Shown here: positions 51,951-62,296 of the stretch, piece after piece | Layout of the letters: each line of letters starts with the position of its first letter | Position numbering within the stretch: position 1 is the first letter of the stretch | Origin: an uncultured Nitrososphaerota archaeon | GTDB taxonomy: Archaea; Thermoproteota; Nitrososphaeria; Nitrososphaerales; Nitrosopumilaceae | Reading direction: 5' to 3' | DNA: 64,000 bases | Assembly: GCA_963701075.1 (NCBI GenBank) | Contig: OY969559.1 | Coordinates: 1,216,001 to 1,280,000 of the forward strand | Made by a program: the position numbers and the translations under genes | The notes under the pieces: model-generated | The model's input: only the letters and a program-made list of their open reading frames with translations | What the model was told of the DNA's origin: nothing | Databases searched by the model: none

Positions 51951-52213
51951 ACATAGACGAAGCAACTCACATTATACTCAAGCCATACGTAACTGAAAAA
52001 ACATTTGCACTAGTTGAAAACGAAAGCAGGATTTGCTTTCTAGTAAGAGAAAACACCACAAAACCCAAGATAATGGAAGCAGTAAAGGTACTCTACAACG
52101 AGGTCCCAGTGACAGTAAACGTATGCAGAACAGTATATGGAAAGAAGGCTTTTGTAAAATTTGCAACAATAGAAAAAGCAAGAGACCTTGCAACTAAGAT
52201 AGGAATGCTATAA
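51947..52213 (+). CDS. rpl23: 50S ribosomal protein L23
   Basis: PYVTEK, KKAFVKF. Confidence 0.97.
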   Translation: MNIDEATHIILKPYVTEKTFALVENESRICFLVRENTTKPKIMEAVKVLYNEVPVTVNVCRTVYGKKAFVKFATIEKARDLATKIGML

Positions 52214-52254
52214 TATGGTCCTTCGTGAATCAACTCAGATAAGGGTGGAACCAA

Positions 52255-52650
52255 TTGGTTAAAGAATTCAAGTATCGTGGAATGACACTGGAGCAACTGC
52301 AAGGTCTGTCACTTGAAAAGTTATTCGAACTTTTGCCCTCAAGAGCAAGAAGATCCCTGACAAGAGGCATTACTGACGATAAAAGAAAATTGCTTGAAGA
52401 CACCAAACTTGCAAAAGCAGGCAAAACAAAAACTACTATCAAAACCCACCTTCGAGACTTGATAATTTTACCATATATGGCAGGCCTAACTATTAGCGTA
52501 TATTCAGGCAAGGAGTTTAAGCCTGTTGAGATCAAACCAGATATGGTTGGACATTATCTTGGCGAATTTATTATGACTAACAAAAGAGTTGTTCACGGAG
52601 CACCTGGTGTAGGAGCATCAAGGTCCAGTTTGTACGTGCCATTAAAGTGA
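52255..52650 (+). CDS. rps19: 30S ribosomal protein S19
   Basis: KTHLRD, GHYLGEF. Confidence 0.97.
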   Translation: MVKEFKYRGMTLEQLQGLSLEKLFELLPSRARRSLTRGITDDKRKLLEDTKLAKAGKTKTTIKTHLRDLIILPYMAGLTISVYSGKEFKPVEIKPDMVGHYLGEFIMTNKRVVHGAPGVGASRSSLYVPLK

Positions 52651-52656
52651 TTTTTT

Positions 52657-53112
52657 ATGCATTTTGATTATTCTTTTCAAAATTATGATAAAACAAGACA
52701 TGTCAGAGCTTCTCTAAGGGAGAAGACAATATCTCACAAACATGCACGTGAAGTTGCAGTTGCAATCAAAGGTCTGTCTATTGAAAAAGCAAGAACTTAC
52801 CTGCAAGCAGTTATCAATTTAGAGCGAGCCGTACCGTTTAGAAGATACAACAACGAAGTAGGACACAAGTCTGACACTGGAGTTATGTCAGGCAGATATC
52901 CAGAAAAGACAGCAGGTGAATTTATCCGTCTGCTTGATAATTTAGAATCAAACGCTGAATACCGCGGAATGGATCTTGATAGATTAAAGATAGTCAATGC
53001 AACAGTTCACAAAGGAAGAAGAATTGAAAGATTCATCCCACGTGCACAGGGAAGGGCAACACCCAAAATAAATATTCTAACACACGTGGAGCTAGTGGCT
53101 CAGGAGCTTTGA
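52657..53112 (+). CDS. rpl22: 50S ribosomal protein L22
   Basis: GRYPEK, PRAQGRA. Confidence 0.97.
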   Translation: MHFDYSFQNYDKTRHVRASLREKTISHKHAREVAVAIKGLSIEKARTYLQAVINLERAVPFRRYNNEVGHKSDTGVMSGRYPEKTAGEFIRLLDNLESNAEYRGMDLDRLKIVNATVHKGRRIERFIPRAQGRATPKINILTHVELVAQEL

Positions 53113-53113
53113 C

Positions 53114-53887
53114 ATGTCATCAGTAAAAAACGTAATTCAGGATCACTACAAACTCATGCTCTTGAAAGATTATCTCAGAGAAGCAATCAAAGAGTCAGGT
53201 TTTTCAGAAGTTGATATTCAAAAAACTCCAACAGGTACAAGAGTTGGATTGCACGTGACAAGACCAGGAATTGTCATTGGCAGAAAAGGCAGTGGCATTA
53301 GAGATCTTACAAAAGTTTTAGAAAAAGACTTTGCACTCAAGAACCCACAAATTTCAGTAATAGAGATTCCTCGCCCAGAGCTTGAGCCAAGTGTCATGTG
53401 CAACAGAATGTCACAACATCTTGCAAGAGGAACTGCATTTAGACGAGCAGTCATGTGGACACTGCAAACAATCATGGAGGCAGGCGCAATGGGTGTGCAA
53501 ATCACAATATCAGGAAAACTCAGAGGAGATCGTTCATCATTTGAAAAACATAGCAAAGGAATCCTACCGCGTGCTGGATATCAGGCAGGAATCATAGTAT
53601 CTGAAGATATTGCTCATGTCGAGACTAAGATGGGTCTTATTGGTGTTAGAATTAGAATTGCCAAAAAGGAGAAAGTCGTTCCAGAATTTGAATTAAAGGT
53701 AAGAAAAGTAGTAGCAAAGGCCAAGGAAGTCCCAGTAGAAGAAACAGAAACTACCGAAGTTGAAATAATAGATGAATCACAAATTGACCCAACAAAGCCT
53801 CGTACAGAAAGTGAAGTAATAGAAATAGAAGAGAAGCTTATCGAAAAAGTTGAAACCTTTGAAGAAGTTGAGGAGGAACTCAAGTAA
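53114..53887 (+). CDS. rps3: 30S ribosomal protein S3
   Basis: [15 protein letters not shown]. Confidence 0.97.
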   Translation: MSSVKNVIQDHYKLMLLKDYLREAIKESGFSEVDIQKTPTGTRVGLHVTRPGIVIGRKGSGIRDLTKVLEKDFALKNPQISVIEIPRPELEPSVMCNRMSQHLARGTAFRRAVMWTLQTIMEAGAMGVQITISGKLRGDRSSFEKHSKGILPRAGYQAGIIVSEDIAHVETKMGLIGVRIRIAKKEKVVPEFELKVRKVVAKAKEVPVEETETTEVEIIDESQIDPTKPRTESEVIEIEEKLIEKVETFEEVEEELK

Positions 53888-54090
53888 TGACTAGACTTAA
53901 GATGAAAACTATACGCGAGTTTAACGAAACTGACCTCAAGGACAGACTGGATCAATTACGCTCTGAGCTAACAAAGCTGAGGATAGAATCCTCTAAGGGA
54001 ACACTACGAAAAGACAGTGGTAAAGTAAAACCAATGCGAAGAGACATTGCGCGAGTACTGACTAGAATAAACGAGCTGAAGAAAAAATGA
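53887..54090 (+). CDS. rpl29: 50S ribosomal protein L29
   Basis: RRDIARVLT. Confidence 0.95.
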   Translation: MTRLKMKTIREFNETDLKDRLDQLRSELTKLRIESSKGTLRKDSGKVKPMRRDIARVLTRINELKKK

Positions 54091-54353
54091 TAACAAAAGA
54101 AAACATCGCATCACATGAGTTAATTGGATTGCAAGCCCAGATTGTAGAATCAAGTAACAAACAGATAATTGGCCTTGCTGGAAAAGTCGTAGATGAAACC
54201 AAATTCATGTTTACACTAAATACTCTAAAAGGCAACAAAAAATTCCCAAAAGAAACTGCGCTCTGGAAGTTCAGTTTTAACAATGACGAAACAGAAATAG
54301 AGGGAACTAAATTGGCCAAAAGACCATACGAGCGAATGGGAATGAAAGCATGA
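54087..54353 (+). CDS. rnp1: RNase P protein component 1 (Rpp29)
   Basis: HELIGL, GKVVDETK, RPYER. Confidence 0.95.
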   Translation: MITKENIASHELIGLQAQIVESSNKQIIGLAGKVVDETKFMFTLNTLKGNKKFPKETALWKFSFNNDETEIEGTKLAKRPYERMGMKA

Positions 54354-54673
54354 CTCGAAATATCGGGCTCCAAGTTGAAGCTCCCAAATCAGAATGCAAA
54401 GATCACGATTGTCCGTTTCATGGTACTCTGAGTATACGAGGAAAACTAGTTCAAGGAAAAGTGGTGAGCGCAAAGGCTCCTAAAATGGTTGTAGTGCAAC
54501 AAGAGGCTCCTAAATTTGTACCAAAATACAAAAGATATGCACGTAGCCAAAGTAAGATTCATGCCCATAGGCCGCTTTGCATTGATATCAAAGAGGGAGA
54601 TATTGTGTTAACTGCAGAATGTAGACCAATATCCAAAAGCGTATCGTTTGTAGTCGTGGAGGTTGTGTCATAA
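54350..54673 (+). CDS. rps17: 30S ribosomal protein S17
   Basis: CPFHG, ECRPISK. Confidence 0.97.
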   Translation: MTRNIGLQVEAPKSECKDHDCPFHGTLSIRGKLVQGKVVSAKAPKMVVVQQEAPKFVPKYKRYARSQSKIHAHRPLCIDIKEGDIVLTAECRPISKSVSFVVVEVVS

Positions 54674-55110
54674 TGGCAGCAACCAAGAGTCGTGCAGTTT
54701 CTGCAAAAGGCGTACAGGAATTCAGACCATATATTACACGAGCACTTCCTCTTGGCGCACAAGTAGTATGTGCAGATAACACTGGAGCAAAGATTTTGGA
54801 GATAGTAATGGTGCAAAAGACAAAGACCAGAGTAGCAAGATATCCATCAGCTGCTGTAGGAGATTTTGTAAACGTTGTAGTAAAAAAAGGCCCAGGTGAG
54901 CTCAGAGGCCAGATATTTGGAGCAGTAATAATTAGGCAAAAATATGCAGTTCACAGATTAAGCGGAGTTAGAATTACATTTGAAGATAATGCAGCAGTAC
55001 TTGTTACACCTGAAGGCGAGATCAAAGGAACAGAAATCAAGGGACCGGTTGCAGTAGAAGCGTCAGAAAAATGGCCAAGGATAGCAAATCTGGCATCAAT
55101 GGTGGTATAA
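54673..55110 (+). CDS. rpl14: 50S ribosomal protein L14
   Basis: CADNTGAK, FEDNAAV. Confidence 0.98.
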   Translation: MAATKSRAVSAKGVQEFRPYITRALPLGAQVVCADNTGAKILEIVMVQKTKTRVARYPSAAVGDFVNVVVKKGPGELRGQIFGAVIIRQKYAVHRLSGVRITFEDNAAVLVTPEGEIKGTEIKGPVAVEASEKWPRIANLASMVV

Positions 55111-55111
55111 G

Positions 55112-55657
55112 ATGAATCCAGCTAAAATGCGTCATAGGATGTTGTATATTGCACCGCTGCACCTAGTTAGCAAACAACTAGCCGCTCCACTTTCTAAAGC
55201 ACTACAAGAAAAATATACGCATCAAACCAGCGCCAGAGTGGTAGAAGGTGACAGCGTCAAAGTTCTTCGAGGCGAATTTAAGGGAATTGAAGGAAAAGTT
55301 ACTAATGTATCAACTCTAAAGCGAGGAATTGCAATAGAGGGAATAAAACGAGAAAAACTCAAGGGAGGAAACGTGGACATTTACATTCATCCATCTAACG
55401 TAATGATTACTGCTCTAAATCTAGATGACAAGTGGAGACAAAATAGACTTGAAGGACAGAAACCAACAAAGACTGCAAAACCAAAACCAGCAGAGGAACC
55501 AAAAGAAACCAAGCCAAAAGACGTCCCACAACCAAAGGAGAAAAAAGAGGAAACAAAAGAACAAAAACCAAAACAAAAAGAAACAAAGGCAGTTGAAAAA
55601 ACTGCAAAGGCAAATAAAGAGCAAAAATCTCCAAAATCAAAAAAGAGTGATAAATAA
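55112..55657 (+). CDS. rpl24: 50S ribosomal protein L24 with Lys/Glu/Pro-rich tail
   Basis: KOW GDSVKVLRG, IHPSNV. Confidence 0.96.
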   Translation: MNPAKMRHRMLYIAPLHLVSKQLAAPLSKALQEKYTHQTSARVVEGDSVKVLRGEFKGIEGKVTNVSTLKRGIAIEGIKREKLKGGNVDIYIHPSNVMITALNLDDKWRQNRLEGQKPTKTAKPKPAEEPKETKPKDVPQPKEKKEETKEQKPKQKETKAVEKTAKANKEQKSPKSKKSDK

Positions 55658-56373
55658 TGGTTAGCATATCTGGAAGCAAGAAATTAAAAAGACAAATGGC
55701 CCCGCTTTTCTGGGGAATTACAAGAAAGGATAAGAGATTTGTAGTTACAGTCAAGCCAGGAGGTCACAAAAAAGATGTCTCCATTCCTACAGCTGTATTT
55801 GTGCGTGACACACTAAAGCTTGCAGACTCTCTTCGAGAAGTAAAGTCTGTCGTATATGGAGGAAAAATCACAGTGGACGGAGTTACTCGCAAGTCACTTC
55901 ATCACGGCCTTGGACTAATGGATGTAGTAGAACTGCAAGGTGTACCAGAAATATATCGCCTTGTTCCAAAAGATCTGACTGTCTTAAAGCCAATTATAAT
56001 AAATGCATCTGAAAAAACAAAAAAACTGCTAAAGGTAACAAAAAAAGTCACAATCAAGGATAAAAAAACACAGCTAGGTTTCCACGATGGACGAATTCTT
56101 ATCTCTGACACTAAAGTAAATGTCGGTGACACGTGTCTGGTGCAAGTTCCAGAAATCAAGATTCTTGATGTTATAAAACTCGAAAAAGGTGCACAAGTTA
56201 TTGTAACTAGCGGTGTAAACGCAGGAAAGATAGGAAAAGTTGCAGAAATGGAAGCGGGAACATTCGTATTACCTCGAAGGGCTTTGGTTGATATTGACGA
56301 TAGACAAATTGAAATCCCATCTGACTTGGTCATGGCAGTTGGAAAAGACAAACCAGTGATACAAATCCAGTGA
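55657..56373 (+). CDS. rps4e: 30S ribosomal protein S4e
   Basis: LKRQMAP..W, GLMDVV, HDGR. Confidence 0.97.
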   Translation: MVSISGSKKLKRQMAPLFWGITRKDKRFVVTVKPGGHKKDVSIPTAVFVRDTLKLADSLREVKSVVYGGKITVDGVTRKSLHHGLGLMDVVELQGVPEIYRLVPKDLTVLKPIIINASEKTKKLLKVTKKVTIKDKKTQLGFHDGRILISDTKVNVGDTCLVQVPEIKILDVIKLEKGAQVIVTSGVNAGKIGKVAEMEAGTFVLPRRALVDIDDRQIEIPSDLVMAVGKDKPVIQIQ

Positions 56374-56900
56374 TAAATATGGCGCAAAAAGTAGAATCTC
56401 CAATGAAAAAAATAACAGTTGCTAAAGTAGTATTGAATATGGGCGTTGGAAAATCAGGCGAACCCATAGAGAAGGCAAAACGTGCATTACTGCAAATATC
56501 AGGCCAGCAACCAAATCCAAGAGCAGCAAAAGCTACTCAAAGAGACTGGGGTGTACACAAGGGAGAACCAATTGGTGTTGCAGTAACCATACGAAAACAG
56601 CCTGCACTTGAATTGATAAAAAGACTAGTCACTGCCAAAGGAAGCCAGCTCAAAAGCTCATCATTTGATGAGTTTGGCAATGTTTCTTTTGGAATACGCG
56701 AGCACATTGATATTCCAGGGGTAAAGTATGATCCTGACGTTGGAATTGTAGGGCTCAATATTACAGTCTCGCTGACAAGACCTGGATTTAACATTAGAGT
56801 TAGAAGCAAACACAAGGCAAGCATTGGTGTCAATCATATCATCACTTCTGAGCATGCAAAGGAATTCATGGCACGCGAATTTGGAGTCCAAGTGATATAA
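56370..56900 (+). CDS. rpl5: 50S ribosomal protein L5 (start probably 56379)
   Basis: KVVLNMGVG, FGIREHID. Confidence 0.97.
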   Translation: MINMAQKVESPMKKITVAKVVLNMGVGKSGEPIEKAKRALLQISGQQPNPRAAKATQRDWGVHKGEPIGVAVTIRKQPALELIKRLVTAKGSQLKSSSFDEFGNVSFGIREHIDIPGVKYDPDVGIVGLNITVSLTRPGFNIRVRSKHKASIGVNHIITSEHAKEFMAREFGVQVI

Positions 56901-56901
56901 G

Positions 56902-57081
56902 ATGGCCAAGAATCGCGATTACAAGGTAACTGGAAGAAAGGAGCACAAATTCGGAAAGGGCTCTAGATGGTGTAAAAGATGCGGTGACTATAATGCTGTT
57001 ATTCAAAAATATGACTTGACACTATGCAGACGATGTTTCCGAGAAGTAGCTGTTTCATTGGGGTTTAACAAATTCAGGTAA
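56902..57081 (+). CDS. rps14: 30S ribosomal protein S14 (59 aa, not in ORF track)
   Basis: GKGSRWCKRCG...LCRRCFREVA. Confidence 0.97.
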   Translation: MAKNRDYKVTGRKEHKFGKGSRWCKRCGDYNAVIQKYDLTLCRRCFREVAVSLGFNKFR

Positions 57082-57086
57082 TAGAT

Positions 57087-57479
57087 ATGCCAACAACCAA
57101 TATTCTAGCAAACTTATTTGTGACGATATACAACAGCGAAGCAAGAAGAAAGGGAGACTGTGTGGTGTTGCCTACGTCAAAGATTGCAACTGAGGTGCTA
57201 AAAACACTGCAAAATCATAATTATATTGGAGAGTTTGAGCACGTTGACGATAAAAGAGGAGGCAAATTCAAAATAGAGTTGCTGGCAAAGATAACAAAGT
57301 GTGGAGCAATTACTCCGACATTTAAGGTAGACAAGGACGGATATGCAAAGTGGGAACAGCAGTACTTGCCATCATATTCAAGAGGTATGCTTATTGTTAC
57401 AACAAATCAAGGTGTAATGTCACATCATGATGCAGTTACGAAAGGTATTGGAGGACTATTGATAGGATATGTCTACTGA
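57087..57479 (+). CDS. rps8: 30S ribosomal protein S8
   Basis: YIGEFE..DD.RGG, TTNQGVM. Confidence 0.97.
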   Translation: MPTTNILANLFVTIYNSEARRKGDCVVLPTSKIATEVLKTLQNHNYIGEFEHVDDKRGGKFKIELLAKITKCGAITPTFKVDKDGYAKWEQQYLPSYSRGMLIVTTNQGVMSHHDAVTKGIGGLLIGYVY

Positions 57480-58026
57480 GCAAGTTGAAATCCACGAGGT
57501 AACAATTGAGATACCTGATAAAGTTAAGGTATTTGAGCACCACAGGATTCTCAGTGTAGAGGGCCCACTAGGCAAGACAAGAAAAAGTTTCAAGAAAATT
57601 CCAATTGATGTCAAAATAGATGGCAAAAATATAATGCTAAAATCTCAAGGTACCCGCAAGAGAGACTATGCAATCTTCAAGACTGCAGAGTCGCTTGTTC
57701 GTACTCTAATCAAGGGAGTACAAACTGGATACACATTTAAGATGAAGATAGTCTACGCCCACTTTCCTATTACAGTCAAAGCAAAAGATGGCAGCATACA
57801 TGTAGAGAATTTCCAAGGAGAGCGTGCAGCTAGAGTGTCCAAAATATTTGGTGCAACAAAGGTTGTATCAAAAGGAGACGATGTTGTCATCACAGGACCT
57901 GTACTGACTGATGTCTCCCAAACATGTGCAAGCCTTCAGCAAAACACCAAAGTCAAAAACAAAGACTCGAGAGTTTTTCTTGACGGCATTTATCTTTTTG
58001 AAAAACAAGACGGTATAGAAAAGTAA
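57469..58026 (+). CDS. rpl6: 50S ribosomal protein L6
   Basis: YAHFPI, KDSRVFLDGIY. Confidence 0.97.
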   Translation: MSTEQVEIHEVTIEIPDKVKVFEHHRILSVEGPLGKTRKSFKKIPIDVKIDGKNIMLKSQGTRKRDYAIFKTAESLVRTLIKGVQTGYTFKMKIVYAHFPITVKAKDGSIHVENFQGERAARVSKIFGATKVVSKGDDVVITGPVLTDVSQTCASLQQNTKVKNKDSRVFLDGIYLFEKQDGIEK

Positions 58027-58072
58027 TTCTCAGCAAAGAATAAATCCGCTTATCCTACGAACAAAGTCTATT

Positions 58073-58147
58073 GCCGCCCTCAGCTCAGCGTGGTAGAGCA
58101 GCTGGCTGTTAACCAGCGGGTCGCCAGTTCAAGTCTGGCGGGCGGCG
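58073..58147 (+). tRNA. tRNA-Asn(GUU)
   Basis: Acceptor GCCGCCC/GGGCGGC, anticodon loop CTGTTAA, T-arm GCCAG TTCAAGT CTGGC; one extra base near 58081. Confidence 0.93.
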
Positions 58148-58151
58148 CTTT

Positions 58152-58264
58152 AATATTTCTAAATTCGAATTCTGAAATATTGTTTTTTGCATCTGCTAAT
58201 CAAAATGCGTTGAATTGCCACACTTGTGATACCATATTTCTAAATTCGAATTATGAAATATTGT
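58152..58264. repeat. Two direct copies of a ~30-bp palindrome
   Basis: ATATTTCTAAATTCGAATT(C/A)TGAAATATTGT at 58153-58183 and 58234-58264. Confidence 0.9.
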
Positions 58265-58349
58265 ATTACGATCACGCTTTGGTTTATTCTGTTAGACTAG
58301 ATAGATCTAATACTGATCGCTACATAACCACATATGCAGGAGGTCCGCA

Positions 58350-58607
58350 TTGGCCAGAACAAGACGCGCAAATAGATATTGCGTGGATTGTGGGGGAAGA
58401 TTAGTTTACTACCCTCGCCTTTCGAATCCAAAAGCTCCAAACGAATACAGGGTTCTGGTTTATGCTTGTCCCGACTGCACTAAAGATTTTGATAAGCCAA
58501 AGATGTTCTCAATCAAACGAAATGTGGTAGATGAGCCAATTGAGACAGTGGAAATAGAGATAGTTCAAGCCCGGGAAAAGGTTCCTGAGGCCATAAAGTC
58601 CACGTGA
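58350..58607 (+). CDS. Zinc-ribbon protein
   Basis: CVDC...CPDC. Confidence 0.75.
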   Translation: MARTRRANRYCVDCGGRLVYYPRLSNPKAPNEYRVLVYACPDCTKDFDKPKMFSIKRNVVDEPIETVEIEIVQAREKVPEAIKST

Positions 58608-58662
58608 TATATCCCGTGTAAAAAGATTAAAGTGTAGCTGGGAAAATATTACACTGAAAAAG

Positions 58663-58986
58663 ATGAGAGTCTTTTACACCCAGAAACTTGAAAATATTTT
58701 AGAGAAAATAGAACTAAGTGACTGGAGACAAAGGCTACGAGCGCCACTGACCTATGCAGAACAATCTCTATCTGATAACTGGAAGTCTTGTGCCCTCGGG
58801 GAGAGGATGAGAAAGGAAGGGCGTGATCTTGGCAAAGTAAAGGATCTAACCCCTGACGCCATAAAATTGGGATTTAGCTTTGCGACTGCAGTAAAGCGCA
58901 GGGACAGTACTGCCGCTTTGGAGATTTTAGAGCAAATTGAAAAACTGCCGTCTATATGGCACACCCAGGACGATTCCTCTGCCTGA
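58663..58986 (+). CDS. Hypothetical protein
   Basis: 107-aa ORF. Confidence 0.65.
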   Translation: MRVFYTQKLENILEKIELSDWRQRLRAPLTYAEQSLSDNWKSCALGERMRKEGRDLGKVKDLTPDAIKLGFSFATAVKRRDSTAALEILEQIEKLPSIWHTQDDSSA

Positions 58987-59472
58987 TTTTGTAGCCTTTC
59001 AGTCATTAATTTCTTAACTTTTTGGCAACTTGCAAAGGGCACAACATGCCAATTTGTCACAAAAAACACCCGTGATAAACCTGGTTTTTTGGATGATAAA
59101 ATGCAGTATATTTTGGCCTTATTTTTTTGTAAAAAATGGTCAAAAAACGGGGGTTGAACATCTAGTCGTACCAAAAGAAGAAACACAAACTCTTACCGGG
59201 TAATGGGGGTGTTTTGACCCTTGGCTCGTATATGCACGCACAAGTGCTAAACCCCCCCAAAAAATGATGCTTTTTGAAAAAATCACCTTCTTCATGGTAT
59301 CAGAAAAATAAGCAGGGGTTTAACCTTTGGACGTCGATTCAAAAAAACATTATTTTTTCAAAACAGACCATTTTAGACCATTTATGGGCAGGAACTGACC
59401 CGATGATCTGGCAAGTTTGGCTGAAAATAGGGGGGTAAAAATAACCCCAAATGCGTCAAAGAACTGGATAAC

Positions 59473-59568
59473 ATGGTTCTTTGTCACAAATGCTCTGATG
59501 AAAAACATGGGGAATGCATGGGAAAAGCAGGTATGTTTGAGTGTGACTGTCAGGTTTGCAAGAAATAA
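59473..59568 (+). CDS. Tiny Cys-rich protein (31 aa, not in ORF track)
   Basis: MVLCHKCSDEKHGECMGKAGMFECDCQVCKK. Confidence 0.6.
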   Translation: MVLCHKCSDEKHGECMGKAGMFECDCQVCKK

Positions 59569-59622
59569 AACTCATGCAAAAATACTGTACATGCTAGTAC
59601 TTTTTGAACTGCTTTATATCAT

Positions 59623-60496
59623 CAACTCATCCTAAAACCCTCCAATACATCATTATTCCAGTAATGTTAAGAAATGCCAGATAATTTTCTGCAATTCTCT
59701 CATATCTGATTCTAATTCTGTGGAATCCACATTTGAGCCATGCAAAGAATCTCTCCACCACGTATCTTGTCCTGTTGTAATTACTCTGACTTTTCTTATT
59801 GTTGTTATTTTTGAAATTTCTGGATGGAATGCAGTCCCTGATGTTTCTATTCTTTAGATACTCTCTAATCTTTTTTGCATCATAACCCTTGTCTGCATAT
59901 ACAGCTACAATCTGTTCTATGGAATCATCATCAAGATATTCAGAGATGTTTTCCATCACATCGATGAGCTTTGTTGAATCATGCTCATTTGCAGGACCAA
60001 TAATTATTGATACTGGAAGTGAATTGCAATCTACTGCAACATGTATTTTCGTGCCTGATATTCTTTTGAATCCGTCGTATCCTGTCACATCTCCCCTTTT
60101 TTGGCTGCAACAGTTGACGAATCAACCGATACCTTTTGCAGCTGTATCTTCCCTGAATGGTGTGCTGATTTTATTGCATCAGATAAGATATTTTGCCAGA
60201 TTCCTTTTTGCTGCCATTTCTGCAATCTGAGATGAGCAGTTGATTTTGAGCCGTATCTTTTTGGCATCTCCTCCCACCTGCAGCCGGTAACCAGAATAAA
60301 CATGATTCCATTTATTGTGGTACGGTCATCACACCTTGGTCTGCCTGTTCTGGCAGGCGATGGAAGGTGTTTTTGTATTGTTTCCCATTGTTTGTCTGAG
60401 ATTTCTTGGAATTTCATGGAATCAGTGTGATTATTCCATCTGATAGATCCAGTGATCGTCAAAAATTTACTAAATGATCAGTTTTAGGATGAGTTG
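59623..60496 (-). mobile_element. IS5-family insertion sequence, copy 2 (874 bp)
   Basis: Same TIRs, TSD CAT; only one difference from copy 1 seen (59909 vs 49503, synonymous). Confidence 0.95.
59627..60462 (-). CDS. IS5-family transposase orfA plus orfB
   Basis: Proteins identical to copy 1. Confidence 0.9.
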
Positions 60497-60519
60497 CATA
60501 TATCAAACAAGTTGAATTC

Positions 60520-60864
60520 GTGCCAGATCTTGACGATCTAACAAAGGCAAAGATAGTGCAGATGATTCTTGACGGAACAACAGAAGGCGCACTTGGCAAA
60601 CTAAGTGAGTTTTATCGAGTTGAAACCCCAAAAATAGCAGTTGGGACAGTCAAAGGAAAAAGAAGAACCGTATATGCGGCATATGTGCCCTCTGAGAAGA
60701 AGATTTACGCATTAAACTCTGACATTTTTTGTAATCCATTTGTTATTTTGCACGAGTATTATCATCATATTCGCTCAAAGCTTGGAATACACAAGGGCTC
60801 AGAAAGGCATGCCAATATGTATGCCAAAGGCTTTATCGATTCATATGCTAAAATAATGTCGTAA
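60520..60864 (+). CDS. Putative zincin-like metallopeptidase
   Basis: VILHEYYH plus downstream E (SERHA). Confidence 0.7.
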   Translation: MPDLDDLTKAKIVQMILDGTTEGALGKLSEFYRVETPKIAVGTVKGKRRTVYAAYVPSEKKIYALNSDIFCNPFVILHEYYHHIRSKLGIHKGSERHANMYAKGFIDSYAKIMS

Positions 60865-60994
60865 ATCAAAACATGAGAATTTTTGAATTCCTGCTAATTA
60901 AATTGTAAATATATTGAAAATCTAGTTCTTTTTTACCAAATAATTGTATTATAAATCTGATTAATATTGTTCATATTGTGAGACAATTGGGATT

Positions 60995-61975
60995 TCATGC
61001 TAAACAACTAGGATGCCGATTCCTCCACCGTGTTGTAGGATCAACAAGTATGTCCCCTGTTTCCACTTTGCCATAATAATGGGCATTTGGTGGTTCCATC
61101 TCATCTGAATTCATGGCTCCATGTGGCTTGTTGTTATAGCATTCCATGACCTGGGGCATTGCCGCAAAATGCGCCATGTTTCTCTCAACGACAGAGAATT
61201 TCCCAAACTTGACATTTACTTGGGCATAGTGCAGCATAGGTACTTCATACTTCATGCAATGTTTTATTCGATTATACTCAAAGGGCGTTGGTATGTTGTC
61301 ATACAAGCAATCATTTGCACTGGACATCTTGTGTGCCTGCCTAGCAGACTCAATTTCATGCACAGTTACTATGTCTAGCCTTCTAGGTCTTTGCAGATCT
61401 ATCAAATAGTGCGGATAGAGCGCTCTCATGGCTATGGGGTGGAATAATTTCTGGAAGAGATATGCCTTGTTTTTTAGGTGCATTTCAATACCAGACCACT
61501 TCTTCAAAAGAGGAGCATGGACTTGAGAGTCAACGATGGACGGAATCTGATTGTATCGCGTAATAACTAAATGAACAAGAGCCGAGGCTGTTCTCATTGA
61601 TGCATGTGCAGGATATCTCAAAGCTGCCACCGCGTGTTTGTGAATGCTATGATGTGCTCTTTTTGCACCTCTTGCACATGTGTGCCACTCCTCTCTGAAA
61701 ATTTTTCTTGGATTGAGATTGTGTAGGATTGACCCAAGACCTTTGCCCAGAAAAGTTTTGCCGTAGGATCTTTGATTTGTGCCAGTGTGATTCTTTTGAC
61801 CTGTTTTAAGTATATGGTAAGCTTCAATGATTAATTTGAATTTTTCACTATCTTGCTTTGAGGCACTCTTGTCAGGGTGGTATTTGAGTACTAATTTCCT
61901 ATATGCAGTCTTTACCTCATGCATGGATGCACCTTCTTGTAGATCAAGTAGATGATAACAACTGCGATTATTCAA
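60995..61975 (-). CDS. J-domain (DnaJ-like) protein
   Basis: N-terminal AYRKLVLKYHPDK; remainder unrecognised. Confidence 0.8.
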   Translation of the reverse strand: MNNRSCYHLLDLQEGASMHEVKTAYRKLVLKYHPDKSASKQDSEKFKLIIEAYHILKTGQKNHTGTNQRSYGKTFLGKGLGSILHNLNPRKIFREEWHTCARGAKRAHHSIHKHAVAALRYPAHASMRTASALVHLVITRYNQIPSIVDSQVHAPLLKKWSGIEMHLKNKAYLFQKLFHPIAMRALYPHYLIDLQRPRRLDIVTVHEIESARQAHKMSSANDCLYDNIPTPFEYNRIKHCMKYEVPMLHYAQVNVKFGKFSVVERNMAHFAAMPQVMECYNNKPHGAMNSDEMEPPNAHYYGKVETGDILVDPTTRWRNRHPSCLA

Positions 61976-62296
61976 TGCTGGTTATTTATAAAAAATATTT
62001 TAAGAACCTGATCTAATTTTTTTTGTCTTGGTTGGAAAATAAATTTAATCAAGAAAAAAATCGGTGTTTTACCAAATAGCTAACACCTTGATCGATGATT
62101 TCTAACAAAATAAAATCTTCATCTCTGGGTACAAAAGACATCTCAAGGTATCAATATGTAAATACTATTTCAGCGAATCTCGCAATGCAATGTATGATAC
62201 AATACGTTTAGGAGTAATTAGAGATGCTGGATTAATTCACTAAAGTAAAAAATGTGATTTTCTGGCTTTAAATAGGTCTAGCTACTCCCATCTGTC

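Noticed and set aside
52213-52255. Absence of rpl2 between rpl23 and rps19
   Set aside because: To my knowledge the usual arrangement in this lineage; no remnant is visible
58153-58264. Possible mini-CRISPR array
   Set aside because: Only two repeats with a 50-bp spacer, no cas genes or leader, and a third isolated copy elsewhere in the window
58090-58404. 104-aa ORF
   Set aside because: Overlaps tRNA-Asn and the palindromic repeats; its repeated peptide merely reflects the DNA repeat
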